A stretch of DNA of 64,000 nt, from positions 27,231 through 91,230 of the forward strand of contig CAVOYT010000012.1 of the NCBI GenBank assembly GCA_963700745.1. Direction: 5' to 3'. Below the pieces are notes generated by a model. That model ran no database searches, was not told the origin of the DNA, and saw nothing but the letters and a program-made list of their open reading frames with translations. This document shows, one piece after another, positions 58,754 to 64,000 of this stretch. Each line of letters begins with the position of its first letter. Positions within the stretch are counted from its first letter, which is position 1. This DNA is from an uncultured bacterium. GTDB lineage: Bacteria; Actinomycetota; Actinomycetes; S36-B12. The translations under genes and the position numbers were made by a program.

Positions 58754-61285
58754 TTACTCCGTCGTGATCGCCTGCAGGACATTGAGCTTGCCAGCCCGAT
58801 ACGCCGGCCACAGCGCGGCCAGGACTCCCACCGCGCCGGCGAGCAGGAGGAACGCCACAAGTCCGGTCCAGGGGATATCGAGGACCTCGATCCCTTGGTC
58901 GACCAGCGTGCGCTGCAGGGCCACCGCGAACCAGATGCCGAGGACGAGCCCGATGACGGCGCCGTACACCGCGATGACAAGGGCCTCCAGCACCACCATC
59001 GACCGGATCTGTCGACGCAGCCCCCCGACCGCCCTGATCATGCCGATCTCGCGGGTCCGTTCCACGACCGACAGCACGAGGGTGTTCACGATGCCGAGCA
59101 CCGCGATGAGGATCGCCAGGCTCAGCAGCATCACCATGACGAGCAGCACCTGGTCGACGCTGGACGTGATCTGCGCGAGGAAATCCGCCTGGCTCTGCAC
59201 CTCAACTGTCGGGAATGCGGCCAGCGCGGCCGTCAGGCCGTCCTCCACTTGGGCCAGGTCGGCACCGGCCTCAGCGTTGATGTAGACGAACGAGTCACCC
59301 AGGTCGACGCCGATGCTGCCCAGGGACTCCCGGTTCACGACATACCCGCTCCAGAGACCGGCCGGCTCGTAAAGCCCGGTCACGCGGTAGTCCGTTGGAC
59401 CGCCCACTGTCACGACGGTGGCGGTATCCCCCAGTGCCAGTCCGGCAGCAGTGGCGGTCTGGGTGTCCACGGCCAGGCCGTCCCCTTGGACGTCGGCCAG
59501 CGAGCCGGAGGTGAAGTCCAGTGTGATCACCTCGCCGAGGGTTGCGGGATTCACGGCAACGAGTGCCGCACCGTCTCCGTCCACCTCGGCGGGTACGAAC
59601 TTCACCGCGGACACGACGCCCACGCCAGGAACGGCCGCCGCATCGACGGCCGCCTGCTCCGGGAAGGGTCGCTGCGCCGCGCTGATGACGAGGAACTCTG
59701 CCCCGATGACCCGCTCGATGACGACGTTGATGGACGACTTCGCCGACGTCGCGAAGATGGTGAGCGCGGAGACCAGGGCCAGTCCGATCATCAGCGCCGA
59801 TGCCGTCGCCGCTGTGCGTCGCGGTTGGCGCTCCGCGTTCTGGACAGCGAGCGATCCCACCGTCCCGAAAATCCGGGGATACGCGAAACCGATCAACCGG
59901 ACCAGCGGACCAGCGATCGCCGGACTCACGACGATGGCGCCGATGAGAGCGGCCACCACCCCGAGGCCGACGAGTTGGGAACCCGAGCCGCCGCCGGCTA
60001 AGGCTCCCGCCGTCATCGACCCCAGTCCGAGGAGGAGCAGCGCCCCGCCCACGATGGCCCGGAGCCGCAGTGAACGAGCGGGCAGCGCGATGTCGTCCCG
60101 CAGCGCCGCCATGGGCGGGATCCGGGAGGCGCGGATGGCCGGCGCCAGGGCGGCGACCACCGTCACCGCCACTCCGATCACCAGGCCCACAATGACCGTG
60201 CGCGGCAGCAGGACCAGGCCCTCGTTGGGGATCTCTGCCCCGATCGCCGCGAACAGACCCTGCAGTCCGTAGGCGACCGCCACCCCAACTGCAAGGCCGA
60301 GCAGGGCGCCGACAAGTCCGAGGCCGAAGGACTCCGCGATCAGCGACCGGACGACCTGGCCGCGGGTGGCACCGAGCGCACGGAGCAGGGCCAACTCGCG
60401 GCTGCGCTGCGCGACGAGCATCGAGAAGGTGTTGAGGATGATGAAGGTGCCGACGAACAGCGCGATGCCGGCGAAGACGAGCAGGAACACGTTGATGAAC
60501 GCGAGCCCTTCCGTGAGCTGCGCGGTCGCCTCGTCCGCCGCCTCCTGACCGGTCTGCACGGTCACGCCTTCCCCCGTGACCGCGCGCACGTCATCGGCCA
60601 GGATGTCCTGCGTGACCCCGTCGGCCGCCACGACATCGATCTCCGTGAAGGCGTCCTGCCCACCGAGCAGCAGTTCCTGCGCGGTGCCGGTGTCGAAGGC
60701 GGCGATCGTCGCACCCGCGAGATTCCCGGACGTGCCATAGCGGAAGACCCCGACCAAGGTGGGCTCCAGTGGCCCCTGCGGCCCGACCAGCGAGACGGTG
60801 TCCCCGACGACGTACCCGGATTTCTCTGCCGAGACGGAGTCGAGGGCGACTTCGCCCCCCGTCATCGGTCCGCGACCCTCGACGAGGCGGTAGGGGGTCA
60901 GATCTTCGTCGTCGGTCCAGTTGCCGCCGAACTGCGGGGCTCCCGTCGTGCCCAGGGCCTCGCCGTCTGTGCTGACGACGGTCACCCCGTCGATCATCAC
61001 CTGGCCACCGGCCTTCGCGACGCCGTCCACAGACTGCACGTCGACAAGCACGGAAGCCGGGATCGTCGCCACGGTGCCCGCGAACCCCCGGCCGTCGACC
61101 TCCTGGTTAGGCGTGATGACGACATCCGACGTCGTGTCGGCGAACAGGTTCGTGAAGGTGCTGTTCAGGGTGTCGGTGAAGATCAGCGTGCCGACGACGA
61201 AGCCGACGCCCAGGACGATGGCGATGCCGGAAAGGACGAGGCGGAGCTTGTGGTGCAGCAGGCTCCGCCATGCGCTGCGCAGCAT
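58754..61285 (-). CDS. ABC transporter permease with two FtsX domains (MacB-like)
   Basis: 843 aa, intact. Two FtsX-type 4-TM modules with large extracytoplasmic domains. Confidence 0.85.
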   Translation of the reverse strand: MLRSAWRSLLHHKLRLVLSGIAIVLGVGFVVGTLIFTDTLNSTFTNLFADTTSDVVITPNQEVDGRGFAGTVATIPASVLVDVQSVDGVAKAGGQVMIDGVTVVSTDGEALGTTGAPQFGGNWTDDEDLTPYRLVEGRGPMTGGEVALDSVSAEKSGYVVGDTVSLVGPQGPLEPTLVGVFRYGTSGNLAGATIAAFDTGTAQELLLGGQDAFTEIDVVAADGVTQDILADDVRAVTGEGVTVQTGQEAADEATAQLTEGLAFINVFLLVFAGIALFVGTFIILNTFSMLVAQRSRELALLRALGATRGQVVRSLIAESFGLGLVGALLGLAVGVAVAYGLQGLFAAIGAEIPNEGLVLLPRTVIVGLVIGVAVTVVAALAPAIRASRIPPMAALRDDIALPARSLRLRAIVGGALLLLGLGSMTAGALAGGGSGSQLVGLGVVAALIGAIVVSPAIAGPLVRLIGFAYPRIFGTVGSLAVQNAERQPRRTAATASALMIGLALVSALTIFATSAKSSINVVIERVIGAEFLVISAAQRPFPEQAAVDAAAVPGVGVVSAVKFVPAEVDGDGAALVAVNPATLGEVITLDFTSGSLADVQGDGLAVDTQTATAAGLALGDTATVVTVGGPTDYRVTGLYEPAGLWSGYVVNRESLGSIGVDLGDSFVYINAEAGADLAQVEDGLTAALAAFPTVEVQSQADFLAQITSSVDQVLLVMVMLLSLAILIAVLGIVNTLVLSVVERTREIGMIRAVGGLRRQIRSMVVLEALVIAVYGAVIGLVLGIWFAVALQRTLVDQGIEVLDIPWTGLVAFLLLAGAVGVLAALWPAYRAGKLNVLQAITTE

Positions 61286-61288
61286 CGG

Positions 61289-62062
61289 CTAGGACCTCCG
61301 GCCCTTGCCGTCGAAACCCTTCATCCGGTCGAGGACTGCCTCGGCCGTCGGGTCGACCATCGTGTCGACGATCCGTCCGTCAGCCAGGAAGAGCACATGG
61401 TCCGCGTACGAGGCCGCCGTCGGGTCGTGAGTGACCATGACGATGGTCTGGCCGAAGTCATCCACGCTGCGCCGCAGGAAGGACAGGACCTCAGCGCCCG
61501 CGCGCGAGTCGAGGTTGCCGGTGGGCTCGTCGGCGAAGACGATCTGCGGACGACTGGCGAGCGCCCGCGCGGCCGCGACCCGCTGCTGCTGCCCGCCGGA
61601 CAGCTGGTTCGGTCGGTTGGCGAGCCGGTCGCGCAGGCCGATGGTGTCGATGACGGTGTCCACCCACTCCTGGTCCACCGGACGGCCGGCGATGTCCATC
61701 GGCAGGGTGATGTTCTCCCCCGCCGACAGGGTCGGAACGAGGTTGAACGCCTGGAACACGAAGCCGACTGCATCGCGGCGCAGCCGGGTCAGATCGTTGT
61801 CCTTGAGCGTGGTCAGGTCGACGTCGCCGATGTAGACCTTGCCCGACGTGGCGGAGTCCAGACCGGCGCACACGTGCATCAGCGTGGATTTGCCTGATCC
61901 CGACGGGCCCATGATCGCCGTGAACCGACCCCGGTCGAAGTCGACGGTCACCGAGTCCAGTGCGGTGACGGCGGTCTCGCCCTCCCCGTACACCTTGGTG
62001 AGTTCGACTGCTCGCGCCGCCGGCATTGTCGAGGATTGGGGCACTGCGGCGGCGGTGCTCAC
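61289..62062 (-). CDS. ABC transporter ATP-binding protein (MacB/LolD-type)
   Basis: [39 protein letters not shown]. Confidence 0.9.
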   Translation of the reverse strand: MSTAAAVPQSSTMPAARAVELTKVYGEGETAVTALDSVTVDFDRGRFTAIMGPSGSGKSTLMHVCAGLDSATSGKVYIGDVDLTTLKDNDLTRLRRDAVGFVFQAFNLVPTLSAGENITLPMDIAGRPVDQEWVDTVIDTIGLRDRLANRPNQLSGGQQQRVAAARALASRPQIVFADEPTGNLDSRAGAEVLSFLRRSVDDFGQTIVMVTHDPTAASYADHVLFLADGRIVDTMVDPTAEAVLDRMKGFDGKGRRS

Positions 62063-62128
62063 ACGGGTCTCCTAGGGCAGGCAGCGGCCCGACGGTGGTG
62101 CCGGGTCACGCCATTGTGTCGGACGGCG

Positions 62129-62941
62129 TCAGTCGGCGGCCACCGGCGGCAGCCCGTCGAAGAGCCTGCGGGCCTCGTCATCGGTCACATTCAGCGCCAA
62201 CTCGCCGACCAGGAGCGACTGCAGCGACTCCGCGTCCTCGATCTCGAGCCGCTCACCGCCGTCACCGCGCAGGACCCAGTACTCGCGGTTCCGCAGGGAC
62301 CGGACCTCATCGTCGAGGATGAGCGAGGCGACGAGATTGTTCACGAAGGTCGCCTCCGGATGCCGGTGCGAGTAGAAGTGCCCCACCTCGCAGTCGGATT
62401 GCCCGTACCTCACGCGGTCGAAGCGGTACAGGGAGTACCAGTCCTCCCCCTTGAGCACCTGCATGTGGAACTCGCCTCGCCGTCCCTCCCGAACGCGGTA
62501 GAAGCCGTCGTCAGTGTCGGATGACTGCCTCGCGATGGCCACGGGTTGCGGCGGACCCATCGGCCCGAAACCGACGTCCACGACCCAATCGACACCATCG
62601 AGCGAGACGACGCTCACGCGGTGGGTCAGCCCGGGGTGGGTGTCCTGGTTGTGGATGACGCGGGCGAGGTACAGCTCGACGGAGTACCCGAGGTCCGAGA
62701 GCACCTCGTACATCAGGCCGTTCTGCTCGAAGCAGTAGCCGCCGCGGCGACGCACCACGATGCGGTCGTACAGGGACGCCACGTCCAGCGGGAGCTCGTC
62801 TCCCAGTCGTGGCCCGATGCTGCTGAACGCGAACGTGGCGACGTGCCGCCGGACCAGCTCCCTGAGCAGGTCGATCGACGGCTCGGCGGCAGTCAGCCCC
62901 AGGCTGCCGAGGTAGCCGTCGGTCCACGGTGCGCGTCCCAT
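62129..62941 (-). CDS. arylamine N-acetyltransferase
   Basis: RGGYCFEQN (catalytic Cys), THRV (His) and DVGFG (Asp) triad context. 270 aa. Confidence 0.85.
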   Translation of the reverse strand: MGRAPWTDGYLGSLGLTAAEPSIDLLRELVRRHVATFAFSSIGPRLGDELPLDVASLYDRIVVRRRGGYCFEQNGLMYEVLSDLGYSVELYLARVIHNQDTHPGLTHRVSVVSLDGVDWVVDVGFGPMGPPQPVAIARQSSDTDDGFYRVREGRRGEFHMQVLKGEDWYSLYRFDRVRYGQSDCEVGHFYSHRHPEATFVNNLVASLILDDEVRSLRNREYWVLRGDGGERLEIEDAESLQSLLVGELALNVTDDEARRLFDGLPPVAAD

Positions 62942-63057
62942 GTGTGCCTCCCAAACCGTTCTGGTGCCAGCCTTCGGCCGCGGCCGCCCGCTGGATTGCG
63001 ACAGTACCGCGATGCGAAAGCCCTTGACGGCGGCCCAATGGTGAGTATCTTCGTGGT

Positions 63058-63077
63058 ATTAGACCGATCGGTCTAAT
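63058..63077. promoter_or_regulatory. perfect 20-bp palindrome ATTAGACCGATCGGTCTAAT, probable TetR operator
   Basis: Sits about 6 nt downstream of a TTGACG-16nt-TATCTT promoter-like pair and 25 nt upstream of the cupin-tetR operon start. Confidence 0.6.
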
Positions 63078-63102
63078 GCCACGACCCTCGGGAGGCCGGA
63101 CC

Positions 63103-63489
63103 ATGCGCATCACCAAGAGCGACGTCGACGTACGAATGGAGATCCCCGGCGCGGTGATCCGGCAGCAGACCGGATTCGGTGACGCCACCGGATTCGACAA
63201 GGTGAGCGGCGAGTACTTCAGCCTGTCCGCCGGCGTCGACACCACCCCCCTCTTCGAGGGTCTCGACGGCGACCTGTGCCAGTGCCCGCATTGGGGCTAC
63301 GTGCTCCAGGGTCGGCTGACCACCACCGACGCCGGCGGTGCAGAGGAGACGGTCAGCACCAACGACCTGTTCTACTGGCCGCCGGGCCACAACGTTAAGG
63401 TCGAGGAGGACGCCGAGATCGTGATGTTCAGCCCTCAGCGCGAGCACAGCTTGGTGATCGACCACATGATCGAGAAGGTGAATGGCTAG
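63103..63489 (+). CDS. cupin-domain protein
   Basis: ATG 63103 after GGGAGG. ...CPHWGYVLQGRL...FYWPPGHN... is a cupin-like pattern. The track start at 63076 lies inside the palindrome. Confidence 0.5.
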   Translation: MRITKSDVDVRMEIPGAVIRQQTGFGDATGFDKVSGEYFSLSAGVDTTPLFEGLDGDLCQCPHWGYVLQGRLTTTDAGGAEETVSTNDLFYWPPGHNVKVEEDAEIVMFSPQREHSLVIDHMIEKVNG

Positions 63490-64000
63490 CGAGAACTCCA
63501 CGCATGCGACCAAGCAGCGCCTGCTGGATATCGGGATGCCGTTGCTCCTCGAGCATGGGTATCACGGCCTGGGAACGCAGGCGCTGCTGGCCGCAGCCAA
63601 CACCCCGAAGGGGTCCTTCTACCACCACTTCGCGGACAAGGAGGACTTCGCGCTCCAGGTCATCGACGAGTACATGCGGCAGGTGCACGCGGGGCTCGAC
63701 CAGTGCCTGGACGACACCACCCGTCCGCCGCTGCTCCGGATCCGCGGGTTCTTCGAGCTGACCCAGCAGAGCTATGCCGGTGATGGCTACCTGGGCTGCC
63801 TGATGGGCAACCTCGGGCAGGAGTTGTCGGGCACCAGCGAGGTCTTCCGGGCGAAGATCGAATCGTGCTTCGCCTACATCGCGAACCGCATCGAGGGCTC
63901 CCTGGCGCAGGCGAAGGCTGACGGCGACATCTCCGCCGACGCCGACCCGGCCGCCATGGCCACCCTCCTGGTCGACTGCTGGGAGGGCGCCGCACTGCGC
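63482..64000 (+). CDS. TetR/AcrR-family transcriptional regulator (3' end beyond window)
   Basis: Own translation from ATG 63482: MASENSTHATKQRLLDIGMPLLLEHGYHGLGTQALLAAANTPKGSFYHHFADKEDF.... Open to the window edge. Overlaps the cupin stop by 8 nt. Confidence 0.85.
   Translation, partial: MASENSTHATKQRLLDIGMPLLLEHGYHGLGTQALLAAANTPKGSFYHHFADKEDFALQVIDEYMRQVHAGLDQCLDDTTRPPLLRIRGFFELTQQSYAGDGYLGCLMGNLGQELSGTSEVFRAKIESCFAYIANRIEGSLAQAKADGDISADADPAAMATLLVDCWEGAALR

Noticed and set aside
1-64000. Search for mobile elements, prophage, toxin-antitoxin or defence islands
   Set aside because: I recognised no transposase, integrase, recombinase, phage structural, restriction-modification or known defence-family signature in any frame. 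Base composition is uniform apart from short AT-richer promoter regions.

Overview
High-GC actinobacterial chromosomal segment, with codon third positions almost always G/C. It is densely coding on both strands and metabolic/housekeeping in character. I found no transposase, integrase, phage gene, CRISPR array, rRNA or convincing tRNA.

Recognisable content, left to right:
- fbiC (FO synthase), which runs off the left edge
- xthA, a GMC oxidoreductase, a GNAT, a DUF3097 protein and an acyl-CoA synthetase
- an LppM-like lipoprotein with a repeat tail, and a DUF554 protein
- the pxpCBA 5-oxoprolinase operon and an ABM protein
- a membrane PAS-GGDEF-EAL protein and a UPF0303 protein
- a GntR-divergent operon: mmsA, transaldolase-like, TIM-barrel, PhyH dioxygenase, isochorismatase-like
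- SDR and LysR genes, and a secreted transglycosylase-like protein with a long leader
- pta-ackA, an alpha/beta hydrolase, a SOUL protein, an MFS transporter and two oxidoreductases
- a SulP-LemA-DUF2207 operon
- a matrixin-like protease, GGDEF plus a YbjN-like protein, and SIMPL and DsbA-like envelope proteins
- LacI plus class I FBA, and a MOSC protein
- an LCIB-like / Zn-ribbon / STAS / DUF1918 cluster next to an AKR and a Tat-signal beta-carbonic anhydrase
- cspA, three miniprotein ORFs and an F420-type PPOX enzyme
- a FetB-like permease with a PstB-like ATPase
- a sirtuin, a Zn-ADH, a PAP2 protein, a MacB-type ABC exporter, an arylamine N-acetyltransferase, and a cupin plus TetR pair

The most striking property is about 36 reading-frame breaks traced by eye. 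About 32 of them behave as +1 insertions. They are heavily clustered in fbiC, the PAS region of the GGDEF-EAL gene, and the PhyH/isochorismatase junction. This looks more like consensus or assembly error than biological decay, so all 'pseudogene' calls are provisional.

I cannot defend a complete novel system. The best candidates for follow-up are the GntR-controlled five-gene catabolic operon (possible PhyH-isochorismatase fusion), the FetB-permease/PstB-ATPase pairing, the LCIB-like/beta-CA neighbourhood, and the cspA-adjacent miniprotein locus with tandem repeats.
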